Assembly (NCBI GenBank): GCA_947462765.1
Contig: CANHQK010000004.1
Coordinates: 11,206 to 75,205 of the forward strand
DNA from: Bdellovibrionales bacterium
Lineage (GTDB): Bacteria > Bdellovibrionota > UBA1018 > CAIMNF01
Length of the DNA stretch: 64,000 bases
Reading direction: 5' to 3'
Part shown: piece by piece, positions 10,101-21,334 of the stretch
Layout of the letters: each line of letters opens with the position of its first letter
How positions within the stretch are numbered: position 1 is the stretch's first letter
Position numbers and translations under genes: made by a program
The notes under the pieces: model-generated
What the model saw: the letters and a program-made list of their open reading frames with translations, nothing else
What the model was told of the DNA's origin: nothing
Databases searched by the model: none

Positions 10101-10161
10101 AATTCCGTCTCTCCGTCCCGAGAATACTTGAATTTTCCACTTAGGGAAATAGAATGATGAA

Positions 10162-10506
10162 ATGACGAGCGATTTGGACAGCGAGAAGTGGGTTCCCCTG
10201 GTGGAGTTCTCCGTCCAGAAAGGGATCAGCCTTTCCACCCTCCGTCGCTACATCAAGTCGAACAAGATCCCTTGGAAACTTCTCGAAGGCCGTTACCTCG
10301 TGATGGATGATGGGACCTTCTCCGCTCCACGCAATCAAGAAGTTCGATCCCCCCCTGCGCCCATCACCGAAGCTGTGGCACCCGAACAGGAGGGGCGCCT
10401 CCGCGAACTCCAGACCGCACTGAATGCGGCACACGAAGAAATCGCCGAACTCAAAACCCTTTTGGCATTCTACGAGGAAAAATGGGCACTACTGTCAAAA
10501 AAGTGA
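10162..10506 (+). CDS. Small HTH (excisionase/MerR-like HTH_17) protein with a C-terminal coiled coil
   Basis: GISLSTLRRYIKSNKIPWKLLEGRYLV resembles an HTH_17 DNA-binding helix-turn-helix. The C-terminal heptad-like segment is RLRELQTALNAAHEEIAELKTLLAFYEE. Confidence 0.5.
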   Translation: MTSDLDSEKWVPLVEFSVQKGISLSTLRRYIKSNKIPWKLLEGRYLVMDDGTFSAPRNQEVRSPPAPITEAVAPEQEGRLRELQTALNAAHEEIAELKTLLAFYEEKWALLSKK

Positions 10507-12002
10507 AGCAGCTGATCTTCATTCTCACCCTAGCCCTCCTGCCGATCCGGGCATCGGCAAGTCCCGAAAACGACCGGGTCTACCAACTCGAGACAGTGGC
10601 CTGGCTCGGGGCAAGCGACAACATGGATGGCGTCTTCTCCGAGTTCGTCGAAGAGCAATTCCAGCGGTACTTCTCCGGCCAGACACGCTTCACCCCGAAG
10701 ACACTGAAGGGCGTGGCCGAAATTCTCGGGAAGTCGGGCACCCGCTACCGCGAACTCATTCGCGAACCGGACCTCCTGAAAAAAATATCCCGTAAATTCG
10801 AAGTCGAAAGCCTGATCCGCACTCAGGTCTTCAAGGAAGGCGAGACTTACCGCTTCCTGATCGAGTGGATTTACGGACCGCGCGCGGAAGTGATCACCCA
10901 GCACGAGTTCCGCTATGTGGACGAGCACAAAGAGACGGGGTTGGCGGGAAGCAGTCTTCCCGGCCAGTTTCAACGAGCCCTCGAAACCCTCGTCTCGAAG
11001 CTTCCTTTCCTCGGTCAAGTGACCGGCGTCGAGGGCGACACCCTCACCGCCAGCCTCGGACGGAATGCAGGGATCAAACCGGGCGATCTGCTCGTGATCT
11101 CAACCCTTCAAAGCGTGAGACGACACCCGGTTCTGGGAACGATCGAGGAGTGGCGCTGGCAAGCGATCGGACGCGCACGGGTCGAACAAGTGGAAGAATC
11201 CCTTTGCTTCGCCAAAGTGGTGGAGACCGAGAGCAATCAGAACGTGATCCGGAACCACAAGATCCGTGAGATCGTGTCTGCGCCCCCGCCACAGAGGGTC
11301 CGCGAGAGCGAAGAAGTCTTCATTGCCCGGTCGGGCTGGGTTGCCGGAAACGCTGGGGCGGGGATCTATGCCCGCGAAACCTCGGATGGAACGGGCGGGA
11401 AAACCCGCGGGGGATCGGGCCTCCTCGGGGCATTCGAGCTCGACACACAAATCTGGCTGAACTCACGTTACCTCGTGCAAGGGTCATACGAAACCTCGCT
11501 CTTCAAGTACGCACCGACCGATCTCGCAACAGGATCCGCGATCGGCACGAGCGTGAGCGGCAGTCACTCCAGACTCCGAGGCGCACTCGGTGCCTCACTG
11601 CTGCCGATGAAAAGCCTATTCGATCCGGTGGCCTGGATCCATGCGGGATACAAATCCGCAACCCACACCCTGCCCACCACGAACGACCTGACCTCGAAGA
11701 GCTCACTCGATAGCGTGTTCGTGGGAGTCGGAGGCAGCTTCCCCGTCACACCCGAGCTCCTCGCCCAACTCGACCTCGATCTCGGCATCTTGAGAACCGC
11801 CGATGCCGCAGACCTCGGATTCGGAGATGCCAGCGCTTCGAGCGATCTGAACTTCCGGCTTTCTGGAATTTACCGGATCAATACCCACTTTTTCTTCCGC
11901 GTCATGCTCAACATCGCATCGCAGAGCATGGATTTCACGGAAGGACAGAGTCTGTCCCAAAAAACGTTCTCCCTCTCCCCGTCCCTCATGTATTATTTTT
12001 GA
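10482..12002 (+). CDS. Putative outer-membrane beta-barrel protein
   Basis: Signal peptide MGTTVKKVKQLIFILTLALLPIRASA. The C-terminal half has alternating hydrophobic strands and ends in ...SLMYYF with a terminal Phe, the classical OMP C-terminal signature. Confidence 0.55.
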   Translation: MGTTVKKVKQLIFILTLALLPIRASASPENDRVYQLETVAWLGASDNMDGVFSEFVEEQFQRYFSGQTRFTPKTLKGVAEILGKSGTRYRELIREPDLLKKISRKFEVESLIRTQVFKEGETYRFLIEWIYGPRAEVITQHEFRYVDEHKETGLAGSSLPGQFQRALETLVSKLPFLGQVTGVEGDTLTASLGRNAGIKPGDLLVISTLQSVRRHPVLGTIEEWRWQAIGRARVEQVEESLCFAKVVETESNQNVIRNHKIREIVSAPPPQRVRESEEVFIARSGWVAGNAGAGIYARETSDGTGGKTRGGSGLLGAFELDTQIWLNSRYLVQGSYETSLFKYAPTDLATGSAIGTSVSGSHSRLRGALGASLLPMKSLFDPVAWIHAGYKSATHTLPTTNDLTSKSSLDSVFVGVGGSFPVTPELLAQLDLDLGILRTADAADLGFGDASASSDLNFRLSGIYRINTHFFFRVMLNIASQSMDFTEGQSLSQKTFSLSPSLMYYF

Positions 12003-14027
<2,025 letters not shown>

Positions 14028-14033
14028 GAAACC

Positions 14034-14396
14034 TCACTTCCGCTCGCGTTCGCGCAGCTTCCGGTCCCAGAGCTCTTTCATCTGGCTGTATTGCGACAGA
14101 AACTGGCTGATCCGGAATTTGGCGGAGGTGAGATTGCTCCCCATTCTCTGAAGTTCCTGGATCTTCGTTTCGAGGAGCTTCACCTTCTCGATAGGAGTCC
14201 GCTTCTCTACTCCATTGAAATATTGGAGATAAAGCTGGTGGGTCTGCTCCATCAATGTCCGGGCCTCGTGGATCTTCCGGTCGATCTCGCCGGAATCACC
14301 GGCCGATGCAGGCGCAGTCTGGCCCGATCTGCCCGCCGGGATCTCGTCTTCCTCGTCATCCCAAAAATTTTTGCGTCTTTGATCGTCATTTGCCAT
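14034..14396 (-). CDS. Hypothetical coiled-coil protein
   Basis: ORF convergent with ligA. Charged, heptad-rich sequence. Start assigned to the internal ATG (MANDDQRRK). Confidence 0.4.
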   Translation of the reverse strand: MANDDQRRKNFWDDEEDEIPAGRSGQTAPASAGDSGEIDRKIHEARTLMEQTHQLYLQYFNGVEKRTPIEKVKLLETKIQELQRMGSNLTSAKFRISQFLSQYSQMKELWDRKLRERERK

Positions 14397-14410
14397 ACCT
14401 GAAAGGGTAC

Positions 14411-15805
14411 ATGAAAACAAAAACCCAGTACACCTGTCAAAGTTGCGGACACATGAACCCGAAGTGGCTGGGGCGCTGCCCAGAATGCGGGGCGTGGAAC
14501 TCCTACGTCGAAGAGAAAATCACCGCCACCAAGGAGTCCTCGATTTCGGCGGTGCGGGAAAGCTTCCAACCCGCTCAGCCGGGGGGATCTTCTTGGGTCA
14601 AGCTGGGTGAGGAACCGGCAGGCTCGGGGGCGACCCGGCACCGCAGAAGCTCCGGCTCTGCCGAACTCGACCGTGTGCTCGGAGGCGGAATGGTCCGGGA
14701 CGGTTTTGTGCTGATCGGGGGGGATCCCGGGATCGGAAAAAGCACCCTCTTGCTCCAGGTCGCAGACGGCCTCCTGAGAGTGGAGTCCGGGGCTCGCGTC
14801 CTCTATGTCAGTGGAGAGGAATCAATCGAGCAAATCCAAGCCCGTGCGAAGCGCCTGAAGATCGGACACACCGATCGCATCTACCTTGCTGCAGAAACGC
14901 AATTCGAAAAGGCCCTCGGCATCGTGAAGGAGCTCAAGCCGGATCTCCTGATCATGGATTCGCTCCAGACCTTTTCCACCGGATATGTGGAGTCAGCACC
15001 CGGAACCGTGAGCCAGGTCCGGGAAGTCACCTCCCGACTCATGAATCTCGCCAAATCGGCAGGTATCGCCGTTTGGCTCGTCGGTCATGTCACGAAGGAC
15101 GGAGCGATCGCGGGACCGAAAATCGTCGAACACCTGGTCGATACCGTGCTTTATTTCGAAGGAGATTCCGGCCAAACCATGCGCCTGCTCCGGACTGTCA
15201 AAAACCGCTTCGGGAATACCAACGAACTCGGCGTGTTCGAGATGACCTCCGACGGACTCGTCGATGTTGCCAATCCATCCTCCCTCTTTCTGTCCGAGCG
15301 GAGCGAAGAAGCCATGGGCACCGCTATTGTTGCGACGATGGAGGGCTCACGCCCCTTACTGGTCGAGCTTCAGGCTCTTTGCGTTCCCTCGCCCTTCGCA
15401 ACCCCCAGACGGACTGCGGTCGGGCTCGACTCGCAAAAGCTGGCCATTCTGACAGCCGTGCTCGAAAAACACGTGAGCGCCCCGCTCATGAATCAAGATC
15501 TCTTCTTCAATGTGGCTGGCGGACTCCGGCTCACCGAGCCCGCTTGCGACCTCGCCTCCATGGCGGCCATTCACGCTGCCATCCGTGAGCGTCCGGTTCC
15601 CGCTTCGCGCGTATTTCTCGGCGAGGTAGGACTGACCGGAGAGGTGCGAAAGGTTTCACAGATCGAGATCCGGGTGGAAGAAGCCAAGAAGCTCGGCTTC
15701 AAAGAAGTCGTGATGCCCGCCTCGCAGATGGACCGGGTCAAGAAGATCCGCGGAATCGAGCTGATTCCGGTGACCCATGTTCAGGCACTGAGGGACCTTG
15801 CCTGA
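14411..15805 (+). CDS. radA: DNA repair protein RadA/Sms
   Basis: N-terminal C4 zinc finger CQSCGHMNPKWLGRCPECGAWN, Walker A GGDPGIGKST, the RadA motif KNRFG, and a Lon-like C-terminal domain. Start moved to the ATG at 14411 (MKTKTQY). Confidence 0.95.
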   Translation: MKTKTQYTCQSCGHMNPKWLGRCPECGAWNSYVEEKITATKESSISAVRESFQPAQPGGSSWVKLGEEPAGSGATRHRRSSGSAELDRVLGGGMVRDGFVLIGGDPGIGKSTLLLQVADGLLRVESGARVLYVSGEESIEQIQARAKRLKIGHTDRIYLAAETQFEKALGIVKELKPDLLIMDSLQTFSTGYVESAPGTVSQVREVTSRLMNLAKSAGIAVWLVGHVTKDGAIAGPKIVEHLVDTVLYFEGDSGQTMRLLRTVKNRFGNTNELGVFEMTSDGLVDVANPSSLFLSERSEEAMGTAIVATMEGSRPLLVELQALCVPSPFATPRRTAVGLDSQKLAILTAVLEKHVSAPLMNQDLFFNVAGGLRLTEPACDLASMAAIHAAIRERPVPASRVFLGEVGLTGEVRKVSQIEIRVEEAKKLGFKEVVMPASQMDRVKKIRGIELIPVTHVQALRDLA

Positions 15806-15808
15806 GAT

Positions 15809-17293
15809 TCACACCATCCGTGCTCGAGCAACAGCCCGGTTCCAATCGAGCAATCGACGGGATCGCTCCTCGAGACTGATTACGGGCGAAAACTCCCGAT
15901 CCAAACGCCAGACCTTTTCAAGCTCTTCGAAGCCATTCCAGATTCCGGCACCCAAACCCGCCGAAAACACGGCTCCAATGGCCGTCGTCTCGGTCAGCTC
16001 CGGGCGGAGCAGCCGCCGTCCGAGCAAATCCGCTTGGATCTGCATGAGTAGATTGTTGCGACACGCCCCTCCGTCGACGGATAAATCCCGGATTTCGCTT
16101 CCGAGATCCTTTTCCATGGCATTCAGAATATCGACATTCTGGAATGCAACGCCCTCGAGTGCCGCGCGCGCGATGTGAGCCTTGGTCGATCCGCGAGTCA
16201 GTCCTGAGATCACCGCACGGGCCGAAGGATCCCAATGGGGGGCGCCAAGACCGGTGAAGGCAGGCACCAGCATCACGCCCTCGCTGGATTCCACCGAAGC
16301 AGCCAGACCCTCGACCTCGGCAGCGCTCTGGATGATGCCGAGACCGTCTCTCAGCCACTGAATGGTCGCTCCCGCCATGAATGCGCTACCTTCGAGCGCA
16401 AAGCAGGTTTTTCCGGACCGATCGCGCCAGGCTACCGTCGTCAACAGGCGGGAGGTGCTCCGCTTTCTTTCTGATCCCGTGTTCATCAACAAGAAAGCCC
16501 CGGTGCCATAGGTGCACTTGGCGTTGCCCGGCTCGAAACAAGCCTGTCCGAGCAAGGCGGATTGCTGATCTCCGATCATCCCCGTGATCGGAATTCCGTC
16601 CGGAAGGTTCTTCACACCCTTCGTTTTACCGAACTCACCGAACGTGTTCCGCACCTCGGGTAGGATTCTCGCATCCACACCAAAAAGCTGGAGCAACTCA
16701 GGATCCCAATCCCCCTTCTCGAGCGAATACAAAAGGGTGCGGGACGCATTGGAACTCTCGGTTGCATGAGAAACTCCCGCCGTCAGCTTCGCCAGCAAAA
16801 ACGAATCGATCGTTCCGACGGCAAGCGTTCCCGATTTCAACGCTGCGGCAACTCCGGGATCATTCTTGAGCGCCCACTCGAGTTTTGTGGCGGAAAAATA
16901 AGGGTCAAGCAAGAGTCCTGTCTTTTCCTGGACCTTGGCTTCCAAACCGAGTGCCCTCAACTCCGCACATCGCGCACTGGTGCGACGGTCTTGCCACACC
17001 AATGCCCGGCGCAGCGGACGGACACTCTCACGATCCCAAAAGCACAGGGTCTCACGCTGGTTCGTGATGCCGATGGCTACAATCTGCTTCGGATCCACAC
17101 GCGCGATCACGGCATCGATTCCAGCCTGCACACTCGCCCAGATCTCACCGAGATCGTGCTCGACTTCACCGGGGGCGGGGAAGTGCTGCGCAAAGGGCGT
17201 GGACTTCTCCGCGACAACATTCAGCGCGGAGTCCATGATGAGGACCTTGGTCCCGGTGGTTCCCTGGTCGATGGCAAGCAAAAGTGGATTCAT
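15809..17293 (-). CDS. glpK: Glycerol kinase
   Basis: MNPLLLAIDQGTTGTKV (FGGY N-terminal phosphate-1 motif), ...GITNQRET..., 494 aa, FGGY kinase family throughout. Confidence 0.93.
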   Translation of the reverse strand: MNPLLLAIDQGTTGTKVLIMDSALNVVAEKSTPFAQHFPAPGEVEHDLGEIWASVQAGIDAVIARVDPKQIVAIGITNQRETLCFWDRESVRPLRRALVWQDRRTSARCAELRALGLEAKVQEKTGLLLDPYFSATKLEWALKNDPGVAAALKSGTLAVGTIDSFLLAKLTAGVSHATESSNASRTLLYSLEKGDWDPELLQLFGVDARILPEVRNTFGEFGKTKGVKNLPDGIPITGMIGDQQSALLGQACFEPGNAKCTYGTGAFLLMNTGSERKRSTSRLLTTVAWRDRSGKTCFALEGSAFMAGATIQWLRDGLGIIQSAAEVEGLAASVESSEGVMLVPAFTGLGAPHWDPSARAVISGLTRGSTKAHIARAALEGVAFQNVDILNAMEKDLGSEIRDLSVDGGACRNNLLMQIQADLLGRRLLRPELTETTAIGAVFSAGLGAGIWNGFEELEKVWRLDREFSPVISLEERSRRLLDWNRAVARARMV

Positions 17294-17308
17294 GATGACC
17301 GCAGGATA

Positions 17309-18187
17309 TCATTGAATCCGGGCGTTCAGAAAGTGCCACGCTGCCTGTGCAGCCAAGCGGGAAGTCAGGTCCTGCACATCGAGCGGTGGCGCCAACTCGA
17401 AAATACCGAGAGATGCCACCTTTTTGTCACTCCCGGCGATTTCGAGCATCTGGAACACCTCGGATGCGGTGAATCCTTCCGCCTGGGGGGCCGAGACCCC
17501 CGGAGCATAAGCGAAACTGAGCGCATCGAGATCGAGTGAAATCAAAACATGGTCGGCATGATCGGACAAGAAAGCGAGCGTCTCACGAAAGGCATCAACG
17601 GCTTTCCCTCCCCGAAGCGACTCCATCGGGATCACACTCATCCCGCGATCTTCCGCATACTGGAACAACTCTCCCGAGTTGCAATGAGATTGGATTCCGA
17701 ACTCAGCAAACAATCCGGGTTGCAGCACACCTTCTTCGATCAGGCGCCGGAAGGGTGAGCCGCTGGTCATCACCGGTTCAAACGGCCTGAGATCGAAATG
17801 AGCATCCACGTTGAGACAAGCCAGTTTGGCCCCCTCGGGCAAAGATTGCTGGAATGCGCGGAACCAAGGATAGGCATAGTCGTGCCCCCCCCCTACGGCC
17901 AGTAGCACATCACGCTCGAGATCGAGACGACCCAGTGCCTCACGCGTGGTTGCGGCGGCGAACTCATGGTTCTGCTCCAGATTCTCCCCCACATCCACCC
18001 GGGATTCGACGACACACGCGCCAAGGAGATCGGTCTGCCCCTTCAATCGCTTAAAAAACTCGAGGAACCGGGCGGGCCCTTCGGCAGCACCGGGACGGCC
18101 ATTCACGTTTTTGATCCCGAGGTCGTCCGGATAACCCACCCAGGCGAAACGACCCCTGCAAAAATTGCCTATCGCTTCCTTTTCCAT
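17309..18187 (-). CDS. Arginase-family metallohydrolase (agmatinase / formimidoylglutamase-like)
   Basis: Mn-binding motifs GGGHDYAYP, LNVDAHFDLR and ISLDLDALSFAYAPGVS (ureohydrolase signatures). Start placed at the internal ATG (MEKEAIG); the ORF track extends to 18226. Confidence 0.8.
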   Translation of the reverse strand: MEKEAIGNFCRGRFAWVGYPDDLGIKNVNGRPGAAEGPARFLEFFKRLKGQTDLLGACVVESRVDVGENLEQNHEFAAATTREALGRLDLERDVLLAVGGGHDYAYPWFRAFQQSLPEGAKLACLNVDAHFDLRPFEPVMTSGSPFRRLIEEGVLQPGLFAEFGIQSHCNSGELFQYAEDRGMSVIPMESLRGGKAVDAFRETLAFLSDHADHVLISLDLDALSFAYAPGVSAPQAEGFTASEVFQMLEIAGSDKKVASLGIFELAPPLDVQDLTSRLAAQAAWHFLNARIQ

Positions 18188-18218
18188 TAGACTCAGGTTG
18201 AACGGAAACGGGCTAAAA

Positions 18219-19658
18219 ATGAACATGGAAATCGAAAAAAAGTGGTTTGTTTACGTCGGAGATCATCACGAGGGGCCATTCAGCATTCCTGAAATGGTCG
18301 CACGAAAAGAATCGGGCGCCGTCACACCGGACAGCTACGTCTGGTGCGAGGGAATGGCCGACTGGCTCATGCTCTCGCAAGTGAGCGAACTCGAACAAGG
18401 GCTTAGGGAATACACGGAGGCCTCACGCCCCGTCTCAGCTCCGGTGGAGACCAGAGAAACAGGAAGCGTGCGCGTCGCAAGCGCACCCGCCCCGAAAGCC
18501 GTACGCAAAAAGAGCGGAAAGACCCCTCTGATCCTGACCGTAACCCTCCTACTTTTTGTTCTTGGCGGTTTCGGTGCCTTGATCGGAATCAGCCACTCTT
18601 CGAACGAGGAACTCCACGCCTCCATCCGGCCACTCCTCAGTCGACTGGTCCAGGGCGTTCCAGCACTGGGAAGTTTATTCCAGCTCATTCCGACCCTCCC
18701 CGACGTCAAAGAAGACGAGTTCTTCGAGCTGCAAGCGGCAAAAACCGGAGCCTTGGCCGGCGGAGCCCGTCTGGCGCTGGCTCTCTCCAATCAGGATGCC
18801 AATCGGCCGTTTTTCTACGTTTCGACCAACCTTCCTCACGGGACGAAATTCGAAATCCATCTTGTCGGTCAAACAGAAACCCTTCTCAATCGCCTGCAAT
18901 TCTCCACCCAAGGCACACTGTCAACCAGCCAGGGGTTCGGGAAGTCAGAAGTCTTTCTCGCCGAAGGCGGACAACCTGTTCCGAAGGGAAGGTACATGGC
19001 CTATGTGGTCGAGTCCTCCGATCAGGACGCATCGATCAAGGAACAACTTTCGGTCGTTGAAGCCCTGAAAACCCAGGTAAAAATGCCATCATCCATCCCG
19101 GCCACCGCCAAGTTCGTGGTCGCGAAGAGTGTCTTTCTGGGCGGAGAACGGGACGAAACCTACCTCACCCGCCTGAAGGCGTTCCACGAAAAGATCCGGG
19201 CGACCTCAGAGAAAGAGCTCCAGGAGCTGGTCCAGTATTCGAACACCCTCGACACCCAGTTCCAGAACCTCACGACTGACTTCCAGAGACTGTTCACAGC
19301 AAAAAAAGCAACCGCGTCGATGCGAAACTCATGGAAGAAAAACCTCGAGCTCTGGACCCGGATCAGTACGCAACTCGACGGGAGCATTCAGACGTGGAGT
19401 CCGGAGACACTCAAGAACGAGTTCTTCTATGGAAAAGTATATGAGCTCGTCAAGACAGCCTTCCAATCCCTGAAAACACTGGTGCAGCTTGAGTCGGATT
19501 ACCTCGAAAAACCGGGAGATAAAGCCGCCTTCGAGATCCAGCACGGAAAAATGCTGAGTGATGCCCGCCTGGCCATGGAAACCATGAAGCAGAAAGTCGA
19601 CCTGGTCGTCAAAAGCCCGAAGAGCCCGGGTGGACTTCCGAGCCGGGAGGGTCTCTGA
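18219..19658 (+). CDS. Membrane protein with an N-terminal DUF4339 (GYF-like) domain
   Basis: KKWFVYVGDHHEGPFSIPEMV...VWCEGMADWLMLSQV matches the DUF4339/GYF_2 pattern. It is followed by a TM helix (PLILTVTLLLFVLGGFGALIGI) and a ~330-aa extracytoplasmic region. Start at ATG 18219 (MNMEIEKK). Confidence 0.6.
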   Translation: MNMEIEKKWFVYVGDHHEGPFSIPEMVARKESGAVTPDSYVWCEGMADWLMLSQVSELEQGLREYTEASRPVSAPVETRETGSVRVASAPAPKAVRKKSGKTPLILTVTLLLFVLGGFGALIGISHSSNEELHASIRPLLSRLVQGVPALGSLFQLIPTLPDVKEDEFFELQAAKTGALAGGARLALALSNQDANRPFFYVSTNLPHGTKFEIHLVGQTETLLNRLQFSTQGTLSTSQGFGKSEVFLAEGGQPVPKGRYMAYVVESSDQDASIKEQLSVVEALKTQVKMPSSIPATAKFVVAKSVFLGGERDETYLTRLKAFHEKIRATSEKELQELVQYSNTLDTQFQNLTTDFQRLFTAKKATASMRNSWKKNLELWTRISTQLDGSIQTWSPETLKNEFFYGKVYELVKTAFQSLKTLVQLESDYLEKPGDKAAFEIQHGKMLSDARLAMETMKQKVDLVVKSPKSPGGLPSREGL

Positions 19659-20045
19659 TTGAAACCTGCAAATTGGACCGAGAAACGCCGGCACAAAAGG
19701 CGTGAAATCCTCGAGCGGTTTTCTTTTTTCGTGTGCATCCCGAAGCTGGGCATGGCGCGGCACCGCGTTCATGACGTGAGCGAAGCCGGGATCGGATTCA
19801 CCCTCGATACACTCGGAGAGTTCAAACTCCAAGCCGGAGAGGAATGTGAACTGCACTTCTACATGAATCCCTCGCTCTACCTACCTGCCACGATCCGGGT
19901 GGTGAGAGAGGACGACTCCGCCGAGGAACAGACGATCGGAGCCCAGTTCACCGGCCCTCACGCAGGCAGCGAAGCATGGGCCACTTTTGTCAAACTGATC
20001 GATCAGCTGAGCGAATCCGACGGGATCAGATTGAACCCACACTGA
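19659..20045 (+). CDS. Single-domain PilZ protein (putative c-di-GMP receptor)
   Basis: PilZ motifs RRHKRR (RxxxR) and DVSEAGIG (DxSxxG) ~28 aa apart. 128 aa. Confidence 0.7.
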   Translation: MKPANWTEKRRHKRREILERFSFFVCIPKLGMARHRVHDVSEAGIGFTLDTLGEFKLQAGEECELHFYMNPSLYLPATIRVVREDDSAEEQTIGAQFTGPHAGSEAWATFVKLIDQLSESDGIRLNPH

Positions 20046-20481
20046 TATTTCCGTTGTCTTTTTCGGAGACCTCCGAAAACGCCCTCAGAAAATTCACGAA
20101 GCTCCTCCAGGCACCATAGGCCCGCTGGTCTTCGCGCACAGCACAGCCGAACCGGGTGTAACGATAACCTCCATCGATCATCGGACGTGAGTTTTTCACA
20201 TCCACAGTGACCTCCATGAAGCTATCCGCACTGAAATAGAGTCGGATGGGGAGATTCTCAGTCATCGTGGGCCAGACCGCCGCCGAATCATAGGGAACGA
20301 GGATCCCGAGGCCCTCATCGCTCACATCCGCGATTTCGACCGGCACCATCTTTCCCGGCTGCGTGACACCGTATACGCCCACCAGATTGTGAAAGAAGAT
20401 GCGTTCCGTCTTCCTCTTCTTCTCTTCCTGCTTGCGATTACGGAACTGGTTCAGGCTGATGATGTCGTTGTTGTCCTTCAT
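20026..20481 (-). CDS. Single-domain PilZ protein (second copy, convergent)
   Basis: RKQEEKKRKTER (RxxxR) followed ~30 aa later by ADVSDEGLG (DxSxxG). Start placed at the internal ATG (MKDNNDIISL), 152 aa. The 3' end overlaps the neighbouring PilZ gene by 20 nt. Confidence 0.6.
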   Translation of the reverse strand: MKDNNDIISLNQFRNRKQEEKKRKTERIFFHNLVGVYGVTQPGKMVPVEIADVSDEGLGILVPYDSAAVWPTMTENLPIRLYFSADSFMEVTVDVKNSRPMIDGGYRYTRFGCAVREDQRAYGAWRSFVNFLRAFSEVSEKDNGNISVGSI

Positions 20482-20639
20482 GGATCGTCTCCTCTTGAGA
20501 CTCTTTCGGACGTTCCCCTGTTTTTCTTGAATGGGCAAAAGTTCACCATTCAGGTTTGCGGACCCCTTCCGAAGAGTGTGATGTGCGGACCGGAAGACGG
20601 CGCATAGAACCAACCGAACCGTTTGACCAGGAGGATTAC

Positions 20640-20840
20640 ATGAACCGGAACTCAAACAATTCGAATGCTCAAGAGATGGATGTCGAAGTTCTCTATCAAA
20701 GACTTGGCGATCGTTGGTTCGCCTTCTCCATTATCGGAGACGAGGTTTTCATGGCCCCGATCTCTGAAGATCAGATCGATTCGATCCGCAAAGAAGAAAT
20801 GAATTCCCCACGCAATTTCGACCACCATGAAGCAGCTTAA
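20640..20840 (+). CDS. Small hypothetical protein (66 aa)
   Basis: ATG at 20640 preceded by a strong SD (caggagg N5 ATG). The ORF-track start at 20556 lacks an SD. Confidence 0.4.
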   Translation: MNRNSNNSNAQEMDVEVLYQRLGDRWFAFSIIGDEVFMAPISEDQIDSIRKEEMNSPRNFDHHEAA

Positions 20841-21030
20841 GTTAGCCCATCCCGAAGGCAAGACCGGGAACGCAAAGTCCACTCCCTCCACAACCACACG
20901 GCAGGAAATTGACGCATGCGTAAAAGACCTTGCCCGCCTGATCGAGCGGGACCCCAAGAAAGCCTCCAAGGTTTTCGAGTCCTGGCTCGAAGGAAAGGCT
21001 CCACCTCAACGTAAGAAGAGGGCAGCATAA
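20827..21030 (+). CDS. Small basic hypothetical protein (67 aa)
   Basis: ORF ending 5 nt before a strong intrinsic terminator, which supports it being expressed as the last gene of a small transcript. Confidence 0.4.
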   Translation: MKQLKLAHPEGKTGNAKSTPSTTTRQEIDACVKDLARLIERDPKKASKVFESWLEGKAPPQRKKRAA

Positions 21031-21034
21031 ATGG

Positions 21035-21072
21035 ATCCGGTTGAGTCTGACTCAACCGGATCTTTTTGTTTG
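21035..21072 (+). terminator. Rho-independent terminator
   Basis: Perfect 12-bp stem ATCCGGTTGAGT / ACTCAACCGGAT with a short loop, followed by CTTTTTGTTTG. Confidence 0.75.
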
Positions 21073-21141
21073 CAGCCCTTGGATGCGCCGGATAAAATCG
21101 AAGAACCCCGGGAGTTCTCCGGGGGAAGGAACGCGGCACGT

Positions 21142-21333
21142 ATGAGATTCCTGGTTTTTTTCCTGGCCCTGACCGGATCAGTCACTGTAATGGCGAACGT
21201 CACCGAGAGCGATTCGGTGAACGGCAATCTGATCCGTCAACCCGAGTTGCGTGATTACCACCAAGCGGAACGAACTCCCGGCTTTTCTCCGATCACCGAT
21301 GTGATCGACTCCGAGGGCCGCCCGGCAAGTTAA
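21142..21333 (+). CDS. Small secreted hypothetical protein
   Basis: MRFLVFFLALTGSVTVMA is signal-peptide-like. The start is placed here because the ORF-track start at 21031 would run through the terminator hairpin. Confidence 0.35.
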   Translation: MRFLVFFLALTGSVTVMANVTESDSVNGNLIRQPELRDYHQAERTPGFSPITDVIDSEGRPAS

Positions 21334-21334
21334 T

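Noticed and set aside
10162-10506. Excisionase-like HTH gene as a marker of an integrated mobile element
   Set aside because: There is no adjacent integrase, att-like repeat, tRNA or compositional shift. The HTH_17 fold is also common in ordinary small regulators.
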